Assembly (NCBI RefSeq): GCF_001677475.2 | Contig: NZ_CP015229.1 | Source of the DNA: Escherichia coli | Lineage (GTDB): Bacteria; Pseudomonadota; Gammaproteobacteria; Enterobacterales; Enterobacteriaceae | Length of the DNA stretch: 64,000 bases | Strand: one strand, 5' to 3' | Shown here: positions 50,419-60,075 of the stretch, piece by piece | Numbering within the stretch: position 1 is the stretch's first letter | Layout of the letters: every line of letters starts with the position of its first letter | Translations under genes and position numbers: made by a program | The notes under the pieces: model-generated | What the model saw: only the letters and a program-made list of their open reading frames with translations | The model's database searches: none | What the model was told of the DNA's origin: nothing

Positions 50419-50946
50419 TTAGTGCTGGTGGGGGAATGGCAGTGCCGCCGCCTGAACCAGTGCCTGACGAGCTTTCAGAGCCAGTGTTAAGGGTCTGGTT
50501 AATCTCCCCATAGCAGCGACTAAACTTGATGTATTAAGCGCGTTTACAGCGTCCTCAAGCGATTTAGTAATAGTCACATCACCAATGGCAATAGAGATTG
50601 GCAGTTCTGAAACTTCTCGCTCATTAGCACGGCAGTAAACATCCCAACCAATATCGAGTTGAAGCAGCATTGACAGATCTGCATAACCAGCCAACAGGTC
50701 CGCGTGCTTAGTTGCCAGTTCTCCAATGTTCGTTAAGCCGGTTGTGGTTGTTCTGATCGTTGAAACATAGCTGGTAATAGTGTCAGGATAGACAATTGTA
50801 TCCAAAATTAATCCGGTCAATTCTTCTGCAAGCTGTTTTGCCGTGTTAGCACTGCTTCGTGCCGATGTTATGGCACCTGGTGTTTTCATCCCACCGGCTG
50901 CGGCCAATTTTTTATATGCGGATAATTGGTAGTCTTTTTCCAGCAT
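50419..50946 (-). CDS. hypothetical protein, possibly frameshifted with downstream open frame to 50159
   Basis: 175 aa ORF; the -1 frame stays open about 124 further codons with no start codon. Confidence 0.45.
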   Translation of the reverse strand: MLEKDYQLSAYKKLAAAGGMKTPGAITSARSSANTAKQLAEELTGLILDTIVYPDTITSYVSTIRTTTTGLTNIGELATKHADLLAGYADLSMLLQLDIGWDVYCRANEREVSELPISIAIGDVTITKSLEDAVNALNTSSLVAAMGRLTRPLTLALKARQALVQAAALPFPHQH

Positions 50947-50954
50947 GATATCTC

Positions 50955-51239
50955 CTAACTTACCTGAACCAGGCCGTCACCTGACGCTACGGTAGAGCCG
51001 CATGAAACAGGGTCACCAACGCATACGATCCCTTTACCATTGACGGTAAACCATGCCCTGGTTGATATAGCTTGCCCACCGTGCGTACTGTTTCCATCGG
51101 TATGCTGTGCATATTGCTTACCATCAACTAACACTTCGACTCCGTTGACTTTAAGTAGTGGTTCACTCTCTACAGGAGGCCTGGATGGGAATCCTCCGTG
51201 CCCCGAACAAATGCTGTCTTTTGTTGCAATACTTGCCAC
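50955..51239 (-). CDS. PAAR-like small protein
   Basis: 94 aa; Gly/His/Cys-rich with ...VCVGDPVSCGSTVASGDGLVQV resembling PAAR repeats. Confidence 0.6.
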   Translation of the reverse strand: MASIATKDSICSGHGGFPSRPPVESEPLLKVNGVEVLVDGKQYAQHTDGNSTHGGQAISTRAWFTVNGKGIVCVGDPVSCGSTVASGDGLVQVS

Positions 51240-51319
51240 GTAATCACCAATTATTTGCTCTGGTTTTCGTTATTTTAACCTATGTTACTTGTGGTCTACA
51301 TAGCGTTCACTATTGCATA

Positions 51320-51336
51320 ATTGCTCTAATGAATAT
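51320..51336. promoter_or_regulatory. C1 operator-like 17-mer in divergent promoter region
   Basis: ATTGCTCTAATGAATAT, 15/17 to consensus. Confidence 0.45.
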
Positions 51337-51407
51337 TGTTTTTTATGTAGTATTTTCGGTACCATTCAGCCATCGCCCTTCAATGGGCATTTGTTTGGAG
51401 TCGTCAG

Positions 51408-51692
51408 ATGCAGATGGAGCTAATAAGCCGCAAGGAGTTCGATAGCCGTGTAACCAGCGGTGAACTCGACAACTTGCAGGCTATCAAGGTGAAAGAAGGC
51501 TTTTGCCTCATTGGGAATCAGAGCGGAACAAATCGCGTTTTTATGCTTCGCCGTACGGATTTGAAGCCATTTGTCTGGAAGAACGAAATTGGTCCCAGCT
51601 CATACGCTCAAACGAGGGGGTGCCACAACTTGGCCTTTTTCTACAAAGACGAGCTTTCTGTGGTTGATATTCAAGGGTTACAACATGTTTAA
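51408..51692 (+). CDS. hypothetical protein
   Basis: 94 aa ORF upstream of RdgC-like gene. Confidence 0.45.
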   Translation: MQMELISRKEFDSRVTSGELDNLQAIKVKEGFCLIGNQSGTNRVFMLRRTDLKPFVWKNEIGPSSYAQTRGCHNLAFFYKDELSVVDIQGLQHV

Positions 51693-52590
51693 GCACTGGA
51701 AAAACATTACTATTTATAAACTTTCTCGTGAGGCGGATCTGACCGACTTAGAAGATAAAAAGAAAATGATCCTTTTCACGCCATGCGGTAGTCAGGATAT
51801 GGCCAAGTTCGGTTTTGTATCGCCATTTGGTGATAATTCCGAAGTTATCGCTATGCATGGAAATGGTTTTATCCTTGTTGAAGCAAAGCGCGAAACAAAA
51901 ATTCTTCCCCCGCCGGTTATCCAGCGAGCTATTCAAGAAAAAATTGAAAAACTTGAGCAAGAACAAGCGCGTAAACTGAAGAAAACAGAGAAGGATTCCC
52001 TGAAAGACGAAGTTCTGCATTCTCTTCTGCCACGGGCTTTTTCAAAGTTTTCTGTTATCCAGGCGATCTACGATGGTTCAACTAAACGTATCTATATCAA
52101 TGCCAGCGCGCGGCAGGCAGAGGATATGCTCGCACTTATGCGTAAGTCTCTGGGTTCTCTTCCTGTTGTTCCCCTAAGTGTTGAAAATCCCATTGAATTA
52201 ACGCTGACCGACTGGGTACGTGATGGTAGTGCTCCACAGGGATTTCAAATGGGGGATGCGGCAGAACTTAAGGCAGTGCTTGAGGATGGCGGTATTGCCC
52301 GAGTGAAAAAGCAGGATTTGGGAAGCGATGAAATTTCCACACACCTGGAAGCTGGCAAGCTCGTCACTAAGTTGGCACTCGACTGGCAGAACCGCATTAA
52401 ATTTACACTGGACCATAACTTCAGCCTTACCAGCGTCAAATTTGCGGATGAATTGCTTGAGCAGAACTCTGATATTGATAGTGAAGATGTTGCGCAGCGA
52501 CTGGACGCAGATTTCTTCCTGTTGACCAGTGAAATTTCGTGCCTGGTTGATGCTCTGGTAAATGCCCTTGGCGGAGAGGCTAAGCAGTGA
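51685..52590 (+). CDS. RdgC-like recombination-associated protein (hrdC position)
   Basis: 301 aa from ATG 51685; N-terminus [15 protein letters not shown] like RdgC MLWFKNLMVYRL. Confidence 0.7.
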   Translation: MFKHWKNITIYKLSREADLTDLEDKKKMILFTPCGSQDMAKFGFVSPFGDNSEVIAMHGNGFILVEAKRETKILPPPVIQRAIQEKIEKLEQEQARKLKKTEKDSLKDEVLHSLLPRAFSKFSVIQAIYDGSTKRIYINASARQAEDMLALMRKSLGSLPVVPLSVENPIELTLTDWVRDGSAPQGFQMGDAAELKAVLEDGGIARVKKQDLGSDEISTHLEAGKLVTKLALDWQNRIKFTLDHNFSLTSVKFADELLEQNSDIDSEDVAQRLDADFFLLTSEISCLVDALVNALGGEAKQ

Positions 52591-55500
52591 AAGAGCTGTG
52601 CTATGGATCTGTTTGCAGTGGAATTGAAGCCGCGAGTATTGCCTGGGAACCGTTGGGTATGCGTCCGGCGTGGTTTGCTGAAATCGAGCCTTTTCCATCT
52701 GCCGTTCTTGCGCTCCGCTGGCCCCATGTCGCCAACCTTGGCGACATGACAAAACTTGCCAAAAAAGTCTTGGCTGGGGAAATCGAATCCCCTGACGTGC
52801 TCGTCGGGGGAACACCATGTTTTACCGCGGGGCATATGGTTCTTTGTAAAAATGGTTATAAACCAATAGAAGATGTTTGCCCTGGCGATTACGTAGTCAG
52901 TCATCTCGGGCGGTTACAACAAGTAAAAAGAGTTGGTTCAAAAATAGCTAATACGGGGTTACTTAATGCCGTTGGGCAGCCTTTAGGTATAAGAACAACC
53001 AATGACCATCCCTTCCTGGCTGTTCGGTGGAAAGCCCAAAACACCCGGAAAAATGGCACATATTTTAAGAGAGAGTTGTTGTCTGAACCGGAATGGCGAG
53101 CAGCATGTGATATGCCGGGATATCAATGGTGCGCTCTAACTAATTTCAATATTGCATCTCCAGATATTTGTTCTCGGTTCTTGTCTGAAGAACAGGCTAT
53201 GTATCTTGCGGGCGCTTATGTTGGCGATGGATATATTAGGAGATGGAGAGGTAAATCTAAGAAGGCGGTTGTTTTTGGCATAAATTGCCAGAAATTGAGA
53301 AAGTTTCATTGCCGCATACCAGAAAACATATTTTCCGTGGCAAGCGAAATCCGAGGGAGCATCAAAGTAACCTTGAATGATACGTGTTATGCCAATTGGC
53401 TTAATGAACATTTTGGCGAGTTAAGCCATGCTAAGCGTATCCCTGCATGGGTGATGTCGCATCCATTGCGTCATGTGTTTTTACAAGGCTATCTTGATAC
53501 TGATGGGACACCAAGTGGTAAAGCGGGATTTAGAATTAATAGTGTTAGTCCTGCGCTTGCTTGGGGCGTTGCGGGGTTGTCACAGACTTGTGGTTATGTT
53601 TCTTCGGTCAGCTTTATTGAAGTTGAGCCCAAAAAAGTGATCGAGGATCGCGTGGTAAATCAACGGAATTATTATCAGGTAACAATCTGCCCGCAGAAAT
53701 TGTCACGTAAATCAAGATTGGCTCATGGAATGCTTTTACGAACAGTCAAAGAGTTTAAATCGGTAGGCCTAGATACTGTATACAACATAGAAGTCGAAGG
53801 TGATCATTCCTATATCCTCAATGGTGCGGTGGTCCATAACTGTCAGGCATTCAGTATCGCGGGCTTACGTGGTGGGCTTGATGATGAACGCGGCGCGCTA
53901 ACTTTGAAGTATGTGGAGCTTGCAAATGCAATTGACGACAAACGGTCTGAGTCCTTCCTCAAACCGACAGTTATCGTCTGGGAAAATGTCCCAGGAGTCC
54001 TGTCATCGGCAGATAACGCCTTCGGATGTTTCCTTGCCGGATTGGCTGGAGAAGATGCGCCATTTGAACCAGGTGATCGACCTGAATCAGGAAAAAGTAA
54101 CGCGTTCTGGCGGTGGGATGGCAAAACCGGTTGCCATGCTCCAAAGTGGCCGCAGTGTGGTTGTATTTATGGACCGCAGCGAAAGGTGGCCTGGAGAATC
54201 CTTGATGCCCAATACTTCGGAGTGGCACAACGACGCCGACGCGTGTTTGTTGTCGCAAGTGCTCGAACAGACCTCGATCCCGCAACGGTACTTTTTGAGT
54301 TCGAAGGCGTGCGCCGGAATATTGCGCCGAGCCGAAAAAAGAAGGAAATCGCTTCCGCCATTATTGCAAATGGCGCTGCAATCAGTGGCGAAAGCCTAAA
54401 TCCATGCCTACACGCTGACATGCCACCCGGTATGAAATCGACGAAAGCCGTAAACGCTTTCAGGATGGCGGCATTTGGGGAATATATTGACGATGAAACC
54501 GCATCGACAGTAAAGGCAAGAGATTTTAAAGATGCCACTGACCTTGCCGTTTTTAGCAGCACAGGAGCAGGTTTTTGGTCAGAAGGGCATGGTACATTGC
54601 GGGCACGTGAGCAAGAAAGCCATGAGCATCTTGTTACATTGGCTTTTCCTGAGCGTATGAGCGGTACACAACATGCTGCAACTAAGAATACTTCACCATC
54701 TCTAATGGCTAAAAATCCAACAGCTGTTTGCTATGAAGTAAGAAACGCAGAAGTAGCTGTCCGCCGTCTTACCCCTGTCGAATGTGAAAGGCTGCAAGGT
54801 TTTCCTGATGGGCATACGTTGATCCCGACGGAAAAGCGTAAAAAAGTTAATTCAGATGAACTGGCATATCTTCGCAATCACTATCCAGATTTAAGCGAAG
54901 AAGAGGCCGCGATGCTTGCAGCTGACGGACCGCGTTACAAAGCGATCGGCAATAGTATGGCAATACCAGTAATGCGCTGGATTGGCGATCGGATTACTAA
55001 GGCCGTATGTCGGCAGAAAGAAGGAAGTGAAACAAAAGAGCGAAAAGTTAAACCAGCGGCAGAATTCGAACGGTCCATATTCAAATGGGCTGGTGGAAAA
55101 TTTGGTGTTCTGGAACAAATCTTTCGCTATTTGCCAGAAGGGAAGCGCCTGATTGAACCTTTCGTTGGTGGCGGAGCTGTCTTCATGAATGCCGGATACC
55201 AGGAAAATCTGCTAAATGATGTGAATGCTGACCTGATTAACTTTTACAAGACTCTGCAACGCGAGGCGCATTCACTTATCACTCTGGCACATCGTTTCTT
55301 CCAGGACTACAACACACAGGAAGGATACCTGGCAGTACGGAATGCGTTTAACAAACAAGTCTATGATGATTTACATCGCGCAGCGGCGTTTTTGTTCCTG
55401 AACCGACATTGTTTTAACGGATTGACGCGTTACAACCAGGCCGGTGAGTTCAATGTCGGTTACGGGAAGTATAAAACTCCGTATTTCCCATTACAGGAGA

Positions 55501-55844
55501 TGGAAGCCTTCCTCGGTGCGGAAGGGCGGTCTGAGTTTGTATGCGGTGATTTTGCAGCGGTGATTGAAGCTGCCGGAGAAGGAGATGTCATCTTTTGCGA
55601 TCCGCCGTATGAACCGCTTCCAAATACAGAGGGATTCACGAACTATTCCGGTCATGACTTTAAGTTTGAAGAGCAAAAACGCCTGGTGTCTCTGTTGACG
55701 GATGCTCATCGTCGAGGTGCAAAGGTTCTCATTACTAACAGTGGCGCGCCAAACATCAGAGAGCTTTATCATGACAGTGGCTTCAGAGTGGAACCTCTTT
55801 TTGCCAGACGTTCTGTGTCTTGTAAGGGGACACTCGAGGTGTAG
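52587..55844 (+). CDS. bifunctional DNA methyltransferase: C5-cytosine domain (interrupted by intein) fused to Dam-like N6-adenine domain
   Basis: 1085 aa; C5 motifs GGTP/CQAFS, ENV, QRRRR, RLQGFP, GNS; Dam motifs [10 protein letters not shown] and DPPY. Confidence 0.8.
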   Translation: MKELCYGSVCSGIEAASIAWEPLGMRPAWFAEIEPFPSAVLALRWPHVANLGDMTKLAKKVLAGEIESPDVLVGGTPCFTAGHMVLCKNGYKPIEDVCPGDYVVSHLGRLQQVKRVGSKIANTGLLNAVGQPLGIRTTNDHPFLAVRWKAQNTRKNGTYFKRELLSEPEWRAACDMPGYQWCALTNFNIASPDICSRFLSEEQAMYLAGAYVGDGYIRRWRGKSKKAVVFGINCQKLRKFHCRIPENIFSVASEIRGSIKVTLNDTCYANWLNEHFGELSHAKRIPAWVMSHPLRHVFLQGYLDTDGTPSGKAGFRINSVSPALAWGVAGLSQTCGYVSSVSFIEVEPKKVIEDRVVNQRNYYQVTICPQKLSRKSRLAHGMLLRTVKEFKSVGLDTVYNIEVEGDHSYILNGAVVHNCQAFSIAGLRGGLDDERGALTLKYVELANAIDDKRSESFLKPTVIVWENVPGVLSSADNAFGCFLAGLAGEDAPFEPGDRPESGKSNAFWRWDGKTGCHAPKWPQCGCIYGPQRKVAWRILDAQYFGVAQRRRRVFVVASARTDLDPATVLFEFEGVRRNIAPSRKKKEIASAIIANGAAISGESLNPCLHADMPPGMKSTKAVNAFRMAAFGEYIDDETASTVKARDFKDATDLAVFSSTGAGFWSEGHGTLRAREQESHEHLVTLAFPERMSGTQHAATKNTSPSLMAKNPTAVCYEVRNAEVAVRRLTPVECERLQGFPDGHTLIPTEKRKKVNSDELAYLRNHYPDLSEEEAAMLAADGPRYKAIGNSMAIPVMRWIGDRITKAVCRQKEGSETKERKVKPAAEFERSIFKWAGGKFGVLEQIFRYLPEGKRLIEPFVGGGAVFMNAGYQENLLNDVNADLINFYKTLQREAHSLITLAHRFFQDYNTQEGYLAVRNAFNKQVYDDLHRAAAFLFLNRHCFNGLTRYNQAGEFNVGYGKYKTPYFPLQEMEAFLGAEGRSEFVCGDFAAVIEAAGEGDVIFCDPPYEPLPNTEGFTNYSGHDFKFEEQKRLVSLLTDAHRRGAKVLITNSGAPNIRELYHDSGFRVEPLFARRSVSCKGTLEV
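52818..53840 (+). other. intein with LAGLIDADG homing-endonuclease domain inside the methyltransferase
   Basis: 341 aa from CFTAGHMV to GAVVHN followed by +1 Cys; TTNDH block; [11 protein letters not shown] and [11 protein letters not shown]. Confidence 0.7.
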
Positions 55845-55863
55845 CTCATGACGTTTTGGGTAT

Positions 55864-55880
55864 ATTGCTCTAATAAATTT
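55864..55880. promoter_or_regulatory. C1 operator 17-mer, perfect consensus, upstream of tRNA-tci-ban operon
   Basis: ATTGCTCTAATAAATTT. Confidence 0.55.
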
Positions 55881-56053
55881 ATTAGTGTAATATCGCCTCA
55901 ATGAATCGTGATTTATAGAGCGATTTAGCTGTTAGCCGCGACAGGCGCGGCGGTAAGCATGGCTGGGCCTAGTCCTCCCAGACAAACCACCGAGTTGCCA
56001 GGTTGACCATGCGCCTAAGTGGCAACGCCGAAGTGCGTTACGAGCTTCCAGTT

Positions 56054-56080
56054 TGCCCATCTTCGGGTGGGCGTTTTTTT
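56054..56080 (+). terminator. terminator-like hairpin in operon leader
   Basis: GCCCATC-TTCG-GGTGGGC then T7. Confidence 0.4.
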
Positions 56081-56545
56081 CAGGGTTTTCGTCATAGTTA
56101 GCGACTTTGCGGCGGTTTAGAAACTGACCATTAAAGTAAATGCAAACGATGATCTGATGATGGTAGCGGCCTAAGAAGCCAGATGCCACGGGGTATGAGT
56201 CGTCCCCCGTCAAAAAATCGACCGCAGAGTGTCCCCGTCTGTGTATTAGGGAACGGGGAGGCACAACAGGTAAGGGCGCTGGTGTGATTAACCAGATGAA
56301 CGAGAAGGGGCCATCTGTTGGTCAGCGTCCTTTCCTGTTGCGTTTTCTTTTCAGCGTAACAGCGGTGCTTAACAGCACTTTGGGTACAGTTCCACGAATT
56401 TACGGGTATATCCCGTCATGCTGAAGGCGCTAATCACGCTGGAAGCCAGGGTTGTGCATCCCCTGTTACCGAATTGCAGCCAGGGCGCGGTGCGCCGAAA
56501 AGCATACGGAGGTGGAAGCCCTCGCCGGAGACGTACCCGGCAAGT

Positions 56546-56621
56546 GATGGTGTAGCTCAGCGGTTAGAGCGGTTGACTGTTAATCAACGGGTCGATGGTT
56601 CAAATCCATCCACCATCGCCA
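56546..56621 (+). tRNA. tRNA-Asn (anticodon GTT)
   Basis: Cloverleaf folded by hand; anticodon loop CTGTTAA; T-loop GGTTCAAATCC; encoded CCA. Confidence 0.85.
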
Positions 56622-56623
56622 AT

Positions 56624-56699
56624 GCCGGTTTAGCTCAGTTGGTAGAGCGCCTGCCTTGTAAGCAGGATGTCAGCGGTTCGAGTCCGTTAATCGGCACCA
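56624..56699 (+). tRNA. tRNA-Thr (anticodon TGT)
   Basis: Cloverleaf folded by hand; anticodon loop CTTGTAA; T-loop GGTTCGAGTCC; encoded CCA. Confidence 0.85.
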
Positions 56700-57626
56700 G
56701 CACAACAGGTAAGGGTATTTTGCGACGTCGGAGATCGCCGAGCTTGGCAGAGGGTTCGAATCCCTACGAAGTACCCTTACCGTTGTGATGAATGCGCAGG
56801 CTGATGCGCGAAAGACATTGCAGCTATTGCGGAAAAGAGCTGTTCGGCGGGGCAATTAAACGCCCGTGAGAGTCTGAAATAACCGCAAGCCGGAGATCAG
56901 CACCGGTCATCACAACACAACAGGTAAGGGCATTCTCCCTTATGGGGCTTGGCTTAAATGCATCGAGTGCTCTTACCGTTGTGATGAAGTGCAGCTCTTT
57001 GAAGCAACCAGAAGATAAGCATCTGGCTTCACAACATAAACCGCAGGAACGACCAATAAACGGTAGTCCGTATGGAGAACACCCCGTTGAGGAAGAGGCC
57101 TGGCCGGAACCGTAACCGGCACTACAACGTTGAGAACACTGGCGTAACGGGGTCATATCCCAATCTACGAATAAATGTTGCGTTGCAGCGTGACAACCAG
57201 TGTTCTCAACATTGTGGTGAATGCACAGGCTGATGTGCCGCAACTACAGTAGTGCGCGCTTTGCGGGGCTTGCTACAACCCTGTGTCGGAGTTCAGCACC
57301 GACCATCACAGTTTGATTCTCTGGCATGAGCATAACGCTGAAATAAGTCCAGTCTGGTGCGGCCCGATCACCCGCCGTTAGCTCCACGAAACGGAGCACG
57401 TAACAGGTAAGAGCATTCTCCTGTAACGGGTTCATATCCCAATCTACAGGTCCACCAGGAATGCTCTTTCCGTTGCGGTGAATGCGGCTAAGCGCACGCG
57501 GGGAAATGGTTATATCTGTCCATTATTTCTCCTTATTTCCCCGTCCACGGTGGATAACCAGCCAAAGGACACCGGGAGGCACCCGGCACCGCAACCTTAT
57601 TTCCCAACCAGTAATGAGGTTAATAA

Positions 57627-58052
57627 ATGCTCGGTATTCTCAAAAAGAAATTCCGCAAAGCGGCTGGCGGAGTCAAGAAGATGGAAAACCGTGATGCGGT
57701 GGAAGCGACTGTCTGGGGCGCATATTCCATTGCATACTCTGACGGCACCTGCGATGCGAAAGAAATTGCAGTATTGGAAAAAACCATTGCAGCACTTCCT
57801 GCCTTTGCGCCGTTCTCCGGTGAAATTGCCCAGATGAGCGCCAATATTCGCGCTCAATATGAAGCCTCGCCGCGCCGAGCGAATGCCCAGGCTTTACGTG
57901 AACTGGCTGACGTGTCTGGAACTAATGATGCGGTAGATGTTCTGTGCCTATGCATTGATATTGCTGACCAGGATGGCATTGGGGCAGAAGAGCAGGAGCA
58001 ATTGAAGAAAATTGCCCAGGCTCTTCAATTGCCACTGGAACAGTATATCTGA
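57627..58052 (+). CDS. TerB-like domain protein (tciA position)
   Basis: 141 aa; GAGG RBS; helical, acidic. Confidence 0.65.
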   Translation: MLGILKKKFRKAAGGVKKMENRDAVEATVWGAYSIAYSDGTCDAKEIAVLEKTIAALPAFAPFSGEIAQMSANIRAQYEASPRRANAQALRELADVSGTNDAVDVLCLCIDIADQDGIGAEEQEQLKKIAQALQLPLEQYI

Positions 58053-58216
58053 TGGTTATAAAAGCACGTCTAATTCTGGCTTTGGTTTTTCTCGTGCTAT
58101 CTGTGCTGGTGGATTTCACCAGCACAATCCTGTCGGTTTTATCCGACGGGGCGTTGGTAGCAGTAGCTGTAACATTGGTATGGCCGATATTTAAACCAGC
58201 CTCGAAGGATCAGTGA
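58052..58216 (+). CDS. small hydrophobic membrane peptide
   Basis: 54 aa; ATG overlaps previous stop; two hydrophobic helices. Confidence 0.45.
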   Translation: MVIKARLILALVFLVLSVLVDFTSTILSVLSDGALVAVAVTLVWPIFKPASKDQ

Positions 58217-58323
58217 TGAGCTTCTGGGATTTTGCAGATAAGTATCCAATTGTTCTCATTATCATTGTTGCCATAGTTGTAGGCGGTATTGTTAGCGCCA
58301 TTGAAGCACTTAGGAAACAGTAA
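58216..58323 (+). CDS. small hydrophobic membrane peptide
   Basis: 35 aa; ATG overlaps previous stop (TGATG); one TM. Confidence 0.4.
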   Translation: MSFWDFADKYPIVLIIIVAIVVGGIVSAIEALRKQ

Positions 58324-58326
58324 TCC

Positions 58327-58402
58327 GGCCCTTTAGCTCAGTGGTTAGAGCTGGCGACTCATAATCGCACGGTCACCGGTTCAAGTCCGGTAGGGGCCAC
58401 CA
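58327..58402 (+). tRNA. tRNA with CAT anticodon (Met or lysidine-dependent Ile)
   Basis: Cloverleaf folded by hand; anticodon loop CTCATAA; T-loop GGTTCAAGTCC; encoded CCA. Confidence 0.8.
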
Positions 58403-58687
58403 TATTTGGTTGTAACACGGCGTCTGGCACATGCGTCGTTAGCGGTCTGGTAACGTTAAAGGGGTTACCTTTTCCCCTAGCTCAGGCAACAAACCAGGTA
58501 GCCGAAATGTGCAAGTCACCGTTGGAGGGATAGCGGATACAGGGACTCACCATCCTGGCGATTCGGTGTGACAGCCGGGAAGAGTCCGGCGCATTAATCC
58601 TGATTTTCTGGTGATGACTCATATCGTTAGGAGTGATTTGAGTATGCCGATTATATCTGACATTCAGCACGCCTGGGTGGAGTGCTA

Positions 58688-60052
58688 ATGTCTGCATCCC
58701 CTCTTGAATCCATGCCAAATTCCCTTAGTGCAGAACAAGCTGTACTTGGTGGCTTAATGCTTGATAACTGCCGCTGGGATGAAGTTGCAGATCGTATAGT
58801 TGCTGATGATTTTTATACCAGTGCTCATCGTGAAATTTTCAGTGAGATGGAGAGGTTATTAAGTCATGGCAAACCGATTGATTTGATAACACTTGCTGAA
58901 GCACTTGAACAGAACGGTAAATTAGAACGCGCCGGTGGTTTTGCGTACCTTGCGGAGATGTCAAAGAACACGCCCAGCGCGGCAAATATTTGTGCTTATG
59001 CGGATATCGTTCGTGAACGCGCGGTTGTTCGTGAAATGATTTCCGTCGCAAATGAAATAGCTGAAGCTGGATATGCGCAGGATGGCAGGGGCAGCAATGA
59101 ATTGCTGGATATGGCCGAGCGCCGCGTTTTTGAAATAGCTGAAAAACGACAAAAGAGCGGTAGTGGTCCAAAAGATATCGCCAGCATTCTCGATGCAACG
59201 GTATCTCGCATAGAAGAGTTGTTTCAGCGACCGCATGATGGTGTAACGGGGCTTGATACCGGATTTACCGATCTCAATAAGAAGACGGCAGGACTTCAGG
59301 CGTCCGATCTCATTATTGTCGCCGCCCGCCCATCGATGGGGAAGACTACGTTTGCGATGAATCTCGTCGAAAATGCCGCAGTCCGTAACGATAAGCCCGT
59401 ATTGGTTTTTAGCCTTGAGATGCCGAGCCACCAGCTGATGATGCGCTCACTGGCTTCTCTTGCACGCGTTGATCAGACTCGTATTCGAACAGGGCAACTT
59501 AACGACGAGGATTGGGCGCGGGTTTCTGGCGCAATGGGGATTCTGTTGGACAAGCAGAATATTTTTATTGATGACTCAAGCGCCCTGACACCTACAGAGC
59601 TTCGTTCCCGCGCTCGTCGTGTTTATAAAGAAAATGGTGGTTTGAGCATGATTATGATCGACTACCTGCAACTTATGCGCGTCCCCGAGCTGCAAGATAA
59701 CCGAACGCTGGAAATTGCCGAGATTTCTCGCTCACTGAAGGCTTTGGCGAAGGAATTACAAGTACCGGTGGTGGCATTGTCACAACTTAATCGATCGCTT
59801 GAACAGCGTGCGGACAAACGACCGGTAAATTCAGATTTACGTGAATCAGGAGCAATTGAGCAGGACGCAGACCTGATCATGTTTCTGTATCGTGACGAAG
59901 TTTATCACCCGGATAGCGAAATGAAGGGCATTGCCGAGGTAATTATCGGTAAGCAACGAAATGGCCCAATTGGCACGGTGAGATTGGCTTTTAACGGCCA
60001 ATACTCACGGTTTGATAACTATGCCGGTGCTGACTGGCAAGAGGATTATTAA
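58688..60052 (+). CDS. ban: DnaB-like replicative helicase Ban
   Basis: 455 aa from ATG 58688; Walker A GKT, DnaB-family C-terminal motifs. Confidence 0.85.
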   Translation: MSASPLESMPNSLSAEQAVLGGLMLDNCRWDEVADRIVADDFYTSAHREIFSEMERLLSHGKPIDLITLAEALEQNGKLERAGGFAYLAEMSKNTPSAANICAYADIVRERAVVREMISVANEIAEAGYAQDGRGSNELLDMAERRVFEIAEKRQKSGSGPKDIASILDATVSRIEELFQRPHDGVTGLDTGFTDLNKKTAGLQASDLIIVAARPSMGKTTFAMNLVENAAVRNDKPVLVFSLEMPSHQLMMRSLASLARVDQTRIRTGQLNDEDWARVSGAMGILLDKQNIFIDDSSALTPTELRSRARRVYKENGGLSMIMIDYLQLMRVPELQDNRTLEIAEISRSLKALAKELQVPVVALSQLNRSLEQRADKRPVNSDLRESGAIEQDADLIMFLYRDEVYHPDSEMKGIAEVIIGKQRNGPIGTVRLAFNGQYSRFDNYAGADWQEDY

Positions 60053-60075
60053 TGCAATGGAATGAGGAAAAGCCG

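Larger units (their letters stand above)
56262..57500. repeat. family of repeated structured elements around the tRNA cluster
   Basis: ACAACAGGTAAGGG-type 5' arms at 56262, 56704, 56928, 57400 with complementary 3' arms; shared tail GTTGTGRTGAATGCRCAGGCTGATG; T-arm-like GGGTTCATATCCC twice. Confidence 0.45.

Noticed and set aside
56474-56788. 104-aa ORF on + strand
   Set aside because: It runs straight through two well-folded tRNA genes; spurious
56824-57435. Minus-strand ORFs (139 aa, 63 aa) in the repeat region
   Set aside because: Cys-rich, low-complexity translations with no RBS, overlapping the repeated stem-loop elements; more likely non-coding structured sequence
56546-58402. tRNA genes as a possible integration site with nearby integrase
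   Set aside because: The three tRNAs are tandem cargo inside an operon with ban; no integrase or direct-repeat att sites seen; the Mu-like element inserts by transposition
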